A program made the position numbers and the translations under genes. This document shows, in pieces, positions 50,604-59,777 of a stretch of DNA of 64,000 nt. A model generated the notes under the pieces. The model ran no database searches, was not told where the DNA came from, and saw only the letters and a list, made by a program, of their open reading frames with translations. This DNA comes from Chloroflexota bacterium. Lineage in GTDB: Bacteria > Chloroflexota > Limnocylindria > Limnocylindrales > CSP1-4. The DNA lies in the NCBI GenBank assembly GCA_040752335.1, contig JBFMEV010000011.1, forward strand, positions 7,465 to 71,464, in the 5' to 3' direction. Position 1 is the first letter of the stretch; each line of letters starts with the position of its first letter.

Positions 50604-50615
50604 TTCGTGACCCGC

Positions 50616-52043
50616 ATGACCCCATCACCACCCGCGCCGACAGGGCGAACCGCCGCCATCATCCTGGCTGCGGGCCTCGGGACGCGGATGAAGTCCCGCA
50701 CCCCCAAGGTCCTCCACCCCCTGTGCGGCCGACCGATGCTCGCCTATGTCCTCGACGCGTGGGCCGACGTGACCCCGGACCTCGCGGCCGCGCCTCCGGT
50801 TGTGGTCTACTCGCCGCCCGTGGCCGCGGTCCGCGACGCCGGCCTCGGCGAGGCCGTCCGGTTCGCCCTCCAGGACGAGCCACGGGGCACCGCCGACGCC
50901 GTTCGCGCCGGCCTGGTCGAGATCCCCGAGGACGCGGCCGAGGTCCTCGTCCTGTCCGGCGACGTGCCCCTCGTCCTCGGGCCGCAGCTCCTGGCCATCC
51001 TCGAGCAGCGCCGACTGGACGACGCCGCGATCGCCCTGGCCAGCGTGTATGCCGCCGAGCCGGCGAGCCTCGGGCGGGTCGTCCGGAGCGACTTCGGGAG
51101 CGTGGAGCGGATCGTCGAGGCCAGGGACGCGACGCCCGACGAGCTCGAGTCGAACGAGATCAACGCCGGCTGCTACGCCTTCGATGCGGAGTGGCTTCGC
51201 CGCCGCATCGGCTCGGTGGAGCCGTCGAACACAACGGGCGAGCTCTATCTCACCGAGCTCATCCGCCTCGCCCGCGACGACGGCCGGATCGTGAGCGCCG
51301 TCGGCTTCGACGACGATGGGACGTTCGACGGCATCAACGACCGAGCCCAGCTCGCCGAGGCCGAATGGGCCCTCCGCGTCCGGCGAAACGAGGCCCACAT
51401 GCGCTCCGGCGTGACGATGCGCGACCCCTCGACGGTCTATCTCGACTGGGACGTGGAGCTGGCGGCGGACGTCGTCCTCGAGCCCAACGTCATCCTCCGC
51501 GGGGCGACCTCGATCGCGACCGGGAGCTCGATCGGACCGGGCACCACGATCCTCGATTCGACGATCGGCCAGGACTGCCGCGTCTGGGCCAGCGTCGTGG
51601 AGCGGTCCGTCGTGGAGGATGGGGTCACGATCGGGCCGTTCAGCCATCTCCGGCCGGGCACCCACGTCGGCCCTGGCGCCGAGATCGGCAACTACGCCGA
51701 GCTCAAGAACACGACCCTGGGAGCCCGCGTCAAGCAGCACCACATGAGCTATCTCGGGGACGCCGTGCTCGGCGAGGGCACGAACGTGGGGGCGGGCACG
51801 ATCACGGCCAACTGGGACGGCCGGACGAAGCATCGGACGACGATCGGCCGGGAGGCCTTCCTGGGCGTCGACACGATGCTCGTCGCGCCGATCGATGTAG
51901 GCGATCGCGCCAAGACCGGCGCCGGCGCGGTCGTGACGAAGTCCGTGCCGGCCGGCAAGCTGGCGGTCGGCGTCCCGGCCAGGATCCGCGAGCCGCGGAT
52001 CCGGCCGCCGGACCCGGATGCCGATGAGCCCGGAGATCGATGA
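50616..52043 (+). CDS. glmU: Bifunctional GlmU (UDP-N-acetylglucosamine pyrophosphorylase / glucosamine-1-phosphate N-acetyltransferase)
   Basis: ATG 50616. ...AAIILAAGLGTRMKSRTPKVLHPLCGRPML.... C-terminal left-handed beta-helix hexapeptide repeats. 475 aa. Confidence 0.9.
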   Translation: MTPSPPAPTGRTAAIILAAGLGTRMKSRTPKVLHPLCGRPMLAYVLDAWADVTPDLAAAPPVVVYSPPVAAVRDAGLGEAVRFALQDEPRGTADAVRAGLVEIPEDAAEVLVLSGDVPLVLGPQLLAILEQRRLDDAAIALASVYAAEPASLGRVVRSDFGSVERIVEARDATPDELESNEINAGCYAFDAEWLRRRIGSVEPSNTTGELYLTELIRLARDDGRIVSAVGFDDDGTFDGINDRAQLAEAEWALRVRRNEAHMRSGVTMRDPSTVYLDWDVELAADVVLEPNVILRGATSIATGSSIGPGTTILDSTIGQDCRVWASVVERSVVEDGVTIGPFSHLRPGTHVGPGAEIGNYAELKNTTLGARVKQHHMSYLGDAVLGEGTNVGAGTITANWDGRTKHRTTIGREAFLGVDTMLVAPIDVGDRAKTGAGAVVTKSVPAGKLAVGVPARIREPRIRPPDPDADEPGDR

Positions 52044-53371
52044 ACGAGACCGTCGTCGAGCTCCTCGTCATCGTCATCCTCGTCCTCCTCAACGGGGTCT
52101 TCGTCGCCGCCGAGATCGCCCTCATCTCGATCCGCCATAGCCGCGTCGAGCAGATGGTCGACGATGACGTTCCGGGCGCCCGGCGGGTCCGGCGGGTCGT
52201 CGACGACCCGGGCCGCTTCCTCGCCGTCGTCCAGCTGGCCATCACCTTCATTGGCTTCCTCGCCTCCGCCTTCGCCGCGGTCAGCCTCGTCGAGGCCCTC
52301 TCCGTGTTCATGCTCGGGCTCAACGTCGGCGAGGCGTACGCAACGCCGATCGCGCTCGTCGTCGTGACGATCCTCCTGTCGCTCTTCACGATCGTCTTCG
52401 GCGAGCTCGTCCCGAAGTCGCTCGCCCTCGCTCATACGGAGCGGTTCGCCCTCGCGCTGTCGGCCCCGGTCGAGCTCCTCGGACGGCTCCTGGGTCCGCT
52501 CGTGACCGGCCTCGCCTCGCTCACCGACAGGATCGCCCGAGCGCTCGGGGCGGATGTCTCTCGCGAGGCCCAGATCACGGCCGAGGAGCTGAAGCTCATC
52601 GTCGAGCGCGGCGGCGAACAGGGCGTCCTCGAGGCCGAGGAGGAGCAGATGATCAACGCGGTCATCGAGCTCGGCGAGCGGCGCGTTCACGAGGTCATGG
52701 TCCCGCGCGTCTCGATCGTCGGGATTCGCGTGAACGCGACCTTCGAGGAGGCGATCGACGTCGTCATCGAGGAGGGCCACTCGCGGATCCCGGCCTACGA
52801 GGAATCGGTCGATGAGGTCATCGGGATCCTGTACGCCAAGGACCTCCTGCCGTACCTGAAGTCAGACGCCGCGCCGCGACCGGGCCTGCGGGCGCTCCTC
52901 CGACCGCCGGTCCTCGTCCCGGAGTCGATGACCATCGACGACCTCCTCCACGAGCTCCAGCGGAGGAAGGTCCACATCGCGATCGTCCTCGACGAATACG
53001 GCGGGACCGCCGGCCTGGTGACGATCGAGGACCTCCTCGAGGAGATCGTCGGCGAGATCCAGGACGAATACGATGTCGAGGAGCCGATGGTCGTCCGGAT
53101 GTCGGAGGACGAGGCGCGGATCGACGGCCGGGCCGACGTCGACGAGCTCCGCGAGCTCTTCGACACCGAGCTCGACCTCGAGGACGAGGAGGAGTACGAC
53201 ACGGTCGGTGGGCTCATCTACCACCGGGTCGGCGGCGTACCCTCGCCCGGCGACTCAGTCCAGATCGACGGCCTGACGCTCACCGTCGAGACGACCGACG
53301 GGCGCCGGGTGGGCAAGGTCCTCGTCGTCCGCCATCCGCGAGAAGATCGCCCCAACGAGGACGACCGCTAG
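52040..53371 (+). CDS. CorC/TlyC-family transporter (DUF21 TM domain, CBS pair, CorC_HlyC domain)
   Basis: ATGA overlap with glmU. 4 N-terminal TM helices. ...MVPRVSIVGI... CBS pair. C-terminal ...GLIYHRVGGVPSPGDSVQIDGLTLTVETTDGRRVGKVLV. Confidence 0.8.
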   Translation: MNETVVELLVIVILVLLNGVFVAAEIALISIRHSRVEQMVDDDVPGARRVRRVVDDPGRFLAVVQLAITFIGFLASAFAAVSLVEALSVFMLGLNVGEAYATPIALVVVTILLSLFTIVFGELVPKSLALAHTERFALALSAPVELLGRLLGPLVTGLASLTDRIARALGADVSREAQITAEELKLIVERGGEQGVLEAEEEQMINAVIELGERRVHEVMVPRVSIVGIRVNATFEEAIDVVIEEGHSRIPAYEESVDEVIGILYAKDLLPYLKSDAAPRPGLRALLRPPVLVPESMTIDDLLHELQRRKVHIAIVLDEYGGTAGLVTIEDLLEEIVGEIQDEYDVEEPMVVRMSEDEARIDGRADVDELRELFDTELDLEDEEEYDTVGGLIYHRVGGVPSPGDSVQIDGLTLTVETTDGRRVGKVLVVRHPREDRPNEDDR

Positions 53372-53374
53372 CGC

Positions 53375-53391
53375 GGACCAGCGCTCTGGTC
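53375..53391. terminator. Short palindrome GGACCAGCGCTCTGGTC between convergent corC-like and polyprenyl synthase genes; possible bidirectional terminator
   Basis: 6-bp stem with a 4-nt loop, read directly from the sequence. It overlaps the minus-strand stop codon. Confidence 0.25.
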
Positions 53392-54415
53392 AGGCGGCGA
53401 TCACCCGGACGATGATCTCCTCGAGGCGGGCCCGGGCCTCGGGCAGGACGACCCCGGCGGCATCGAGCGCGGCCAGCGCCCGGTCGCGATGGAGCCGGGC
53501 CTGGGTCCGGGTGTAGCCCTCGGCGCCCGTCCGCTCCAGGATGGCCACGATCTCCGCGACCGTCTCGGCGGTCGGGGAGTGGTCGGCGTACAGGGTGGCG
53601 AGGCGGGCCCGGTCCTCGGGCCCGGCGTGCTCGAAGGCGTAGATGACCGGCAGGGTCTTCTTGCGGCGGGCGACGTCGGTCGGCTCCTTGCCGGTCGCCT
53701 GCTCCTCGCCCCAGATGCCGAGCAGGTCGTCGTTGAGCTGGAACGCCAGGCCCAGGTCCCAGCCGAAGGCCCGGTAGCGCTCGATGACGTGCTCGTCGTC
53801 GGTGGCGAGCAGGGCGCCGGCCTCGATCGAGGCGGCGATGAGGGCAGCCGTCTTGCGGCCGATCATGTCGAAGTACAGCTCGACCGACATCGGCTCGTCG
53901 GCCTCGCCCGTGGCGATGTCGATGAACTGGCCCTCGCACAGCGCAACGCAGGTTTCGTCGTACAGGCGCATCAGCCGGAGGACCTTCCGGTCGCTGAAGC
54001 CGAGGTCGGTGAGCCGATGGAGGGCGACCCGTGACAGGCTGAACAGCATGTCGCCGGTATTGATCGCCTGGGGGATGCCGTGGAGGCTCCAGAGGGTCGG
54101 CCGGTGGCGACGCTCGCGATCGCCGTCCTCGATATCGTCGTGGACGAGGCTGAAGTTGTGGCCCAGCTCAACGGCCGCGGCGCCCGGCAGGGCTGCCCGA
54201 TGGTCGCCGGCGATCGAGGCGTAGGCGAGGAGCCCCAGGAGCGGGCGCATCCGCTTGCCGGACGCCCCGTTCGTGCCGTCGAGCCCCAGGTGGTAGCGGC
54301 ACTGCTCGTAGACGCCGGCGGTCGCGGGGTCGCGGTCCGCCACGAGGCGCAGGATCTCCGCCTCGGTATCCGCGATGAGCTGCCCGAGATCGAGCTCGTG
54401 GGCCGCGGTCGACAT
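53390..54415 (-). CDS. Polyprenyl diphosphate synthase (trans-isoprenyl diphosphate synthase family)
   Basis: Minus-strand ORF. First aspartate-rich motif LVHDDIEDGD and second FQLNDDLLG. The start is probably at MSTAAHELDL. Confidence 0.8.
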   Translation of the reverse strand: MSTAAHELDLGQLIADTEAEILRLVADRDPATAGVYEQCRYHLGLDGTNGASGKRMRPLLGLLAYASIAGDHRAALPGAAAVELGHNFSLVHDDIEDGDRERRHRPTLWSLHGIPQAINTGDMLFSLSRVALHRLTDLGFSDRKVLRLMRLYDETCVALCEGQFIDIATGEADEPMSVELYFDMIGRKTAALIAASIEAGALLATDDEHVIERYRAFGWDLGLAFQLNDDLLGIWGEEQATGKEPTDVARRKKTLPVIYAFEHAGPEDRARLATLYADHSPTAETVAEIVAILERTGAEGYTRTQARLHRDRALAALDAAGVVLPEARARLEEIIVRVIAA

Positions 54416-54516
54416 CGTCGGTCGAGTGTAGCCGCCCGGGACCAAACGTGCGAGGCGCCGGTAGCCTGTTGCGGGCGCGACGATCGGCGACGGCCCGTGG
54501 TGCTACCGTCACGATC

Positions 54517-55536
54517 GTGCCGGCACCCCGTCGCTATGCCACCGACGCGATCGTCCTGTCGCGCTTCGACTACGGCGAGGCCGACCGGATCCTGACCCTC
54601 ATCACGCCCGGCGCCGGCAAGATCAAGGCGATCGCCAAGGGCATCCGCCGGCCGAGCTCGCGGATCGGCGGCAGCCTGGAGCCGTTCGCCGAGCTGCGAC
54701 TCCTGCTGGCCCACGGGCGGACCTTCGACGTCGTGACCCAGGTCGAGGTCATCCATCCGTGGTTGCGGCTGCGGGACGACCTCATCTCGTTCGGCACGGC
54801 CGAGTACCTCGCCGAGATGGCCGACCGAACCCAGGAGGAGCGGCATGCCTCGGAGGTGGTCTACGTCCTCCTGAAGCGCGGCTACGAGATCCTCGATGCC
54901 GGGATGGCGCCCGGCCGCGTCGCTCGGTGGTTCGAGATGCACCTCGCCGATGAGCTCGGTATCCGCCCCGAGATCGATCGCTGCGTCGAGTGCGGGCGGC
55001 TGCTCGAGGCGGACGAGCAGTACCGCTGGGTTCCGCCCCTCGGCGGCGTCCTGTGCCAGCGCTGCCCGGGTCCGCCCCACGGCATCGCCGGCCTGTCGCT
55101 CGAGGCCCTCAAGCTCCTGAAGGCCTACCAGCGGATGGACGTCGAAGCCCTGGCCGCCCTCCGCGTCCGGCCGGAGGTGGAGGCCGAGGTCGAACGGGCC
55201 ATGCGCGAGTTCCTCGCCTATACCCTGGACCGTGCCCCGAGGTCACTCGCCTTCCTCGACGAGGTGCGCGCGGGCGCGCGCCCGCACGAGGGGCGCGCGG
55301 GCTCGCCCCCCGGCTCGGGGCCCGCCGCACCCCCCCCCGCCGGTGGCGCGCCGACCCCTGCTACCATCGCGTCGCCGATCCGTACCTCGACCGTCCATGC
55401 CACGGCCGGCCACCCCAGGAGCGCACGTGACCGACTCTCCCATCCGCGACCCGAACGAGGTCACGGCCGCCGTGCCCGACCTCGACACGATCGTCGGCCT
55501 CTCGAAGCGGCGCGGCTTCGTCTTCCCATCGAGTGA
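54517..55536 (+). CDS. recO: DNA repair protein RecO; its 3' end overlaps the glyQS start by ~110 nt
   Basis: GTG 54517 gives (M)PAPRRYATDAIVLSRFDYGEADRILTLITPGAGKIKAIAKGIRRPSS.... C4 zinc motif CVECGRLL...CQRCPG. No in-frame stop until 55536. Confidence 0.8.
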   Translation: MPAPRRYATDAIVLSRFDYGEADRILTLITPGAGKIKAIAKGIRRPSSRIGGSLEPFAELRLLLAHGRTFDVVTQVEVIHPWLRLRDDLISFGTAEYLAEMADRTQEERHASEVVYVLLKRGYEILDAGMAPGRVARWFEMHLADELGIRPEIDRCVECGRLLEADEQYRWVPPLGGVLCQRCPGPPHGIAGLSLEALKLLKAYQRMDVEALAALRVRPEVEAEVERAMREFLAYTLDRAPRSLAFLDEVRAGARPHEGRAGSPPGSGPAAPPPAGGAPTPATIASPIRTSTVHATAGHPRSARDRLSHPRPERGHGRRARPRHDRRPLEAARLRLPIE

Positions 55537-56836
55537 GATCTACGGCGGCATCAACGCCGTCTGGGACTACGGCCCGCTCGGGGTGGAGCTGAAGAACAAC
55601 GTCAAGCGGGCCTGGTGGCGGGCGATGGTCCAGGAGCGCGGCGACATCGTTGGCCTGGACGCCGGCATCCTCATGCACCCCCAGGTCTGGATCACGTCCG
55701 GGCACGTCGGGAGCTTCTCCGACCCGCTTGTCGAGTGCGGGACGTGTCATCGGCGGTACCGTCTCGACGAGCTGCCGGGCGCCGAGGGGCTCTCGATCAC
55801 CGACCTCAACGACCCGGCGGTCGTCGAGCGCTTCAAGCTCGCCTGCCCCAACGACGACGGACCGCTGTCCGCGCCGCGCCGGTTCAACCTCATGTTCCAG
55901 ACGTACATGGGCCCCGTCCAGGACGACGCCTCGATCGTCTACTTCCGGCCCGAGACCGCACAGGGCAGCTACGTCAACTTCAAGAACGTCCAGCAGAGCT
56001 CGCGCAAGAAGATCCCGTTCGGGATCGCCCAGATCGGGAAGTCGTTCCGCAACGAGATCTCGCCGGGCAACTTCGTCTTCCGGATGCGCGAGTTCGAGCA
56101 GATGGAGATGCAGTACTTCGTCCGCCCCGACGAGGCCGCCCGGATCTTCGAGGAGTGGCTGCCGCGGCGCTGGGACTGGTACGTCCGCTACGGGGTGACC
56201 CCGGAGCGGCTCCGCTTCCGCGAGCACGCCCCCGACGAGCTGGCCCACTACGCCAAGAAGGCGGTCGACATCGAGTACCGCTTCCCGTTCGGCTGGAAGG
56301 AGCTCGAGGGCATCCATAACCGCGGCGACTTCGACCTCTCGCGCCACGCCGAGGCCTCGGGCGAGAACCTCGAGTATTTCGATCCCGCGACCGAGGAGCG
56401 CTACATCCCGTTCATCGTCGAGACGGCCGGTGGCCCGGATCGAGCCGCGTTCACGTTCCTCATCGACAGCTACCGCGAGGAGGAGGTTCGCGGCGAGCGC
56501 CGCGTGTCGCTCGCCCTTCACCCCGACCTCGCCCCCTACAAGGTCGCCGTCCTGCCGCTCCTCAAGAAGCGGCCCGAGATCGTCGAGCTGTGCCACCGCA
56601 TCCTGGCCGACCTCAAGCGCGACCTGATGGCCGTCTACGACGACACCGCGGCGATCGGCAAGCTCTACCGGCGCCAGGACGAGATCGGGACGCCGTGGTG
56701 CGTCACCGTCGACGTCGATTCCCTGGAGGACATGGCCGTCACCGTCCGAGACCGCGATTCGATGGCCCAGGACCGGATCCCGGTCGAGGGCGTGAAGCGC
56801 GCGATCCTCGATCGCCTGGAGGCGGCGCGGCCGTAA
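55427..56836 (+). CDS. glyQS: Glycine--tRNA ligase (dimeric alpha2 type)
   Basis: GTG 55427 is preceded by CCAGGAG. ...FVFPSSEIYGGINAVWDYGPLGVELKNNVKRAWW... and class II motifs ...FRNEISPGNFVFRMREFEQMEMQYF.... 469 aa. Confidence 0.88.
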   Translation: MTDSPIRDPNEVTAAVPDLDTIVGLSKRRGFVFPSSEIYGGINAVWDYGPLGVELKNNVKRAWWRAMVQERGDIVGLDAGILMHPQVWITSGHVGSFSDPLVECGTCHRRYRLDELPGAEGLSITDLNDPAVVERFKLACPNDDGPLSAPRRFNLMFQTYMGPVQDDASIVYFRPETAQGSYVNFKNVQQSSRKKIPFGIAQIGKSFRNEISPGNFVFRMREFEQMEMQYFVRPDEAARIFEEWLPRRWDWYVRYGVTPERLRFREHAPDELAHYAKKAVDIEYRFPFGWKELEGIHNRGDFDLSRHAEASGENLEYFDPATEERYIPFIVETAGGPDRAAFTFLIDSYREEEVRGERRVSLALHPDLAPYKVAVLPLLKKRPEIVELCHRILADLKRDLMAVYDDTAAIGKLYRRQDEIGTPWCVTVDVDSLEDMAVTVRDRDSMAQDRIPVEGVKRAILDRLEAARP

Positions 56837-56841
56837 CGTAG

Positions 56842-56871
56842 CTGCCGATCGGGCGTCTGCCGATCGGGCGT
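56842..56871 (+). repeat. 15-bp direct tandem repeat x2 (CTGCCGATCGGGCGT) just after the glyQS stop
   Basis: Two identical adjacent copies at 56842-56856 and 56857-56871. Confidence 0.85.
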
Positions 56872-56924
56872 CCTCGAGAATCGGTGGACAGGCGGCGGCC
56901 GCCAGGTCCAGGACGGAGGCCGGG

Positions 56925-58223
56925 ATGGCAGGCGAACGCGTCACCTTCCGGAAGTCGGGCTGCCAGCTCGTGCTCGACGGCTGCGCGCTGCCGATCGGGG
57001 CGGTGCTGTTTCTCGGGGTTGCGGTTCTCGCGGCCGGTGGAGTCATGGGGCCTGACCCGCTAGTCCGGTTGTTCGGGGCCGTCGGCTTCGGCTTCTTCGG
57101 CGCCATGATGGCCCTGGGCGCGGTCACGACCGTCGCCCGCGGCACCGACGACCGGGTCGCCGAGATCGGGCCGGACGGCATCTGGCTACCGGGGATGGGC
57201 TGGCTGCCGTGGTCGGAGGTCGCCGAGGTCCGGCTCGACACGATTCGCGGGGTCGGCAGCGGCGACGCTCCGGTCACGGTCGGCTATCGGCGGCTCGGGG
57301 TCACGCCGGCCGATCCCGCCGTCCGACCGGGTGCCACGGAGTTGGCGGGCTGGGCGATGGCCCGGGCCTACTTTGCCTTCGTTCGACGGATCGCCCCGAG
57401 GCTTCGGCTCGGGTCTGACGACGTGTCGCCGTTCAGCGCCGGCGAGCCCGAGCTGAGCCGGACCGACGCCGACCGCCTCATCGCCGAGGCGGGCCGCTAC
57501 GTCGAGGTCGTCGACGCGGCAGAACGCAGGGCCCGCGAGCGGGCCCCTCGCTGGGCAGGCGGCGCAGGGCCGGCGCCGCCGAGTACAGAGCTCTCGGCGG
57601 CCGAGGTCGCCGCTCTCGACGCGGGGCTCGCGCCCGGCCGGGCGCCCCGCACCCGTGCCGTGGCATCGGGGTCGGGCCTCGTCGACTCGACGATGTTGGG
57701 GACCGCCAAGCCGCGCGGGACATTCGGTCCGCCACCGCGCAGCCTTATCAGCCTCGTCGCCCGGCTCATCCCGGCAGCGATCCCGACCCTGCTGGCCATC
57801 GGCTTCCCGGTCGCGGCCCTGTCGGCCGGCGGGGGCGAGCGGATCGGCTGGTTCCTCGTCCTCTGGGACGTCGTCCTGGCAACGTTCATCATCGCCGCCC
57901 TGCTACCGTTCGTCGGCGAGGTTCGTCGACGTCGTGAGGTGGCCGCCAACCCCGTCTCGCTCGAGGTCGGGCCGGACGGCATCCGCATCCCACCCGCCGG
58001 CCGCGTCGCGTGGGACCACGTGGCCGAGATCCGAACCGAGCGGGCCGGCTTCACCACCGCCTTCGGCGACCCGCCGCTCGAACGCTGGCGCCTCGTGGTC
58101 GTGCGGGCCTCCGGCTCACCGCTGGATCGCTCGAGCGCCGTCGACTCCGACCGCATCGACGCCCGATTCGACGATGTCCTCGACCTCGTCCGCTTCTACC
58201 ACCCGGTCACGGAGACCGGTTGA
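56925..58223 (+). CDS. Hypothetical membrane protein with internal duplication (two TM-hairpin plus bacterial PH-like modules)
   Basis: 432 aa. The two halves carry parallel motifs GPDGIWLPGMGWLPWSEVAEVRLDT and GPDGIRIPPAGRVAWDHVAEIRTE, each following a pair of hydrophobic helices. This resembles bPH/YdbT-like proteins. Confidence 0.55.
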   Translation: MAGERVTFRKSGCQLVLDGCALPIGAVLFLGVAVLAAGGVMGPDPLVRLFGAVGFGFFGAMMALGAVTTVARGTDDRVAEIGPDGIWLPGMGWLPWSEVAEVRLDTIRGVGSGDAPVTVGYRRLGVTPADPAVRPGATELAGWAMARAYFAFVRRIAPRLRLGSDDVSPFSAGEPELSRTDADRLIAEAGRYVEVVDAAERRARERAPRWAGGAGPAPPSTELSAAEVAALDAGLAPGRAPRTRAVASGSGLVDSTMLGTAKPRGTFGPPPRSLISLVARLIPAAIPTLLAIGFPVAALSAGGGERIGWFLVLWDVVLATFIIAALLPFVGEVRRRREVAANPVSLEVGPDGIRIPPAGRVAWDHVAEIRTERAGFTTAFGDPPLERWRLVVVRASGSPLDRSSAVDSDRIDARFDDVLDLVRFYHPVTETG

Positions 58224-58226
58224 GCG

Positions 58227-59777
58227 TCAGACGCCCGCGGCGGCTGTCGGCGTCGCGTGGGCGGCGCGCTCTGGCCGCGTGGCCGGCTCGGCCCTGGCGG
58301 GCGGCTCCGGTGATGCCGGCGGCCACTCGGCGCGGAGCCAGGCGTCGATCGAAGCGGCCGAGCGCTTGCCGTCGCCCATGGCGAGGATGACGGTCGCCGC
58401 GCCGCGGACGATGTCGCCACCGGCGAAGACGCCGGGCATGGAGGTCATCCCGAACTCGTCCGTGACGATGTAGCCCCATGGGTTGATCGCGAGCTCCGGC
58501 GCGGTCGCGGTGAGGAGCGGGTTGGACCGGGTCCCGATCGCCACGACGACCATGTCGCAGTCGACCTGGAACTCGGAGCCCTCGATCGGCACGGGCTTGC
58601 GCCGGCCGGAGGCGTCGGGCTCGCCCAGCTCCATCCGCTGGACCCGGATGCCGGTCACCCAGCGTTCGTCGTCGCCGAGGACCTCGAGGGGCGCCGCGAG
58701 GAACTCGAAGCGGATGCCCTCCTGCTCGGCGTGATGGACCTCCTCGGCCCGGGCCGGCAGCTCGTCATGCGAGCGGCGGTAGACGATCGTGGCCTCGGAC
58801 GCGCCGAGCCGCTTCGAGGTCCGGACCGCGTCCATGGCGACGTTGCCGCCGCCGACGACGACGACTCGCTGGCCATGGAGCACGGGAGTGTCCGAATCGG
58901 CGTGCCAGGCGCCCATGAGGTTGACCCGGGTCAGGTACTCGTTGGCCGAGTAGACGCCCTTGTAGTTCTCGCCGGGGACGTTCATGAAGACGGGCAAGCC
59001 GGCGCCGACGGCGATGAACATCGCGTCGAAGCGTTCGCGCAGCTCGGGCAGGGTGTAGGTCTTGCCGATGATCGCGTTGGCCTCGATCTTCACCCCGGCC
59101 TCGACCAGCCGGTCAACCTCGGCCTGGACGATGTCCTTCGGCAGGCGGAACTCGGGGATGCCGTAGATCAGGACGCCGCCCGGGGCATGGAAGGCCTCGA
59201 AGATCGTGACGTCGTAACCCTTCTTGGCGAGCTCACCGGCGGCGGTCAGGCCGGCCGGGCCGGAGCCGATGATCGCCACTCGCTTGCCGTTCGGTGCGGG
59301 GTGAGCAACGGGCAGCTCGTCGAGATGGGCCTGGGCCCAGTCGGCGACGTAGCGCTCCAGGCTGCCGATCGCGACCGACTTGCCGGTCTTGGCCCGGAGG
59401 CAGACGCCCTCGCACTGGTTTTCCTGCGGACAGACCCGGCCGGTCACGCACGGCAGGGCGTTGTCGTCGAGGAGCGATTCGGCCGCGGCATGGAGGTCGC
59501 CGTCGCGGAGGAGCCGGATGAACTTCGGGATGTTGACGGCGACCGGGCAGCCGTCGACGCAGTAGGGCTTGGGGCACTCGAGACAGCGCTGGGCCTCGAG
59601 GATCGCCAGCTGGTAGGTGAGGCCGAGGTTGACCTCGCGGAAGTTGGTCGCCCGCTCCGCGGCGTCCTGCTCCGGCATCACCGTCCGGTCGATGCCCATC
59701 CGCTCCTTCTTCGATAGCGGGGCCGGCGCGGCGGGAACCTCAGCCGGCGCGGGCTCGACGGGGCGTGGCTCGGTCAC
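58227..59777 (-). CDS. GltD-family NADPH-dependent oxidoreductase (glutamate synthase small-subunit-like; NfnB/SudA-type)
   Basis: Minus strand. 2x[4Fe-4S] Cys clusters (CLECPKPYCVDGCPV, CEGVC). FAD/NADPH Rossmann motifs VAIIGSGPAGLTAAGEL and VVVVGGGNVAMD. GTG 59777 overlaps the upstream gene stop as GTGA; the alternative start is ATG 59699. Confidence 0.8.
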   Translation of the reverse strand: MTEPRPVEPAPAEVPAAPAPLSKKERMGIDRTVMPEQDAAERATNFREVNLGLTYQLAILEAQRCLECPKPYCVDGCPVAVNIPKFIRLLRDGDLHAAAESLLDDNALPCVTGRVCPQENQCEGVCLRAKTGKSVAIGSLERYVADWAQAHLDELPVAHPAPNGKRVAIIGSGPAGLTAAGELAKKGYDVTIFEAFHAPGGVLIYGIPEFRLPKDIVQAEVDRLVEAGVKIEANAIIGKTYTLPELRERFDAMFIAVGAGLPVFMNVPGENYKGVYSANEYLTRVNLMGAWHADSDTPVLHGQRVVVVGGGNVAMDAVRTSKRLGASEATIVYRRSHDELPARAEEVHHAEQEGIRFEFLAAPLEVLGDDERWVTGIRVQRMELGEPDASGRRKPVPIEGSEFQVDCDMVVVAIGTRSNPLLTATAPELAINPWGYIVTDEFGMTSMPGVFAGGDIVRGAATVILAMGDGKRSAASIDAWLRAEWPPASPEPPARAEPATRPERAAHATPTAAAGV

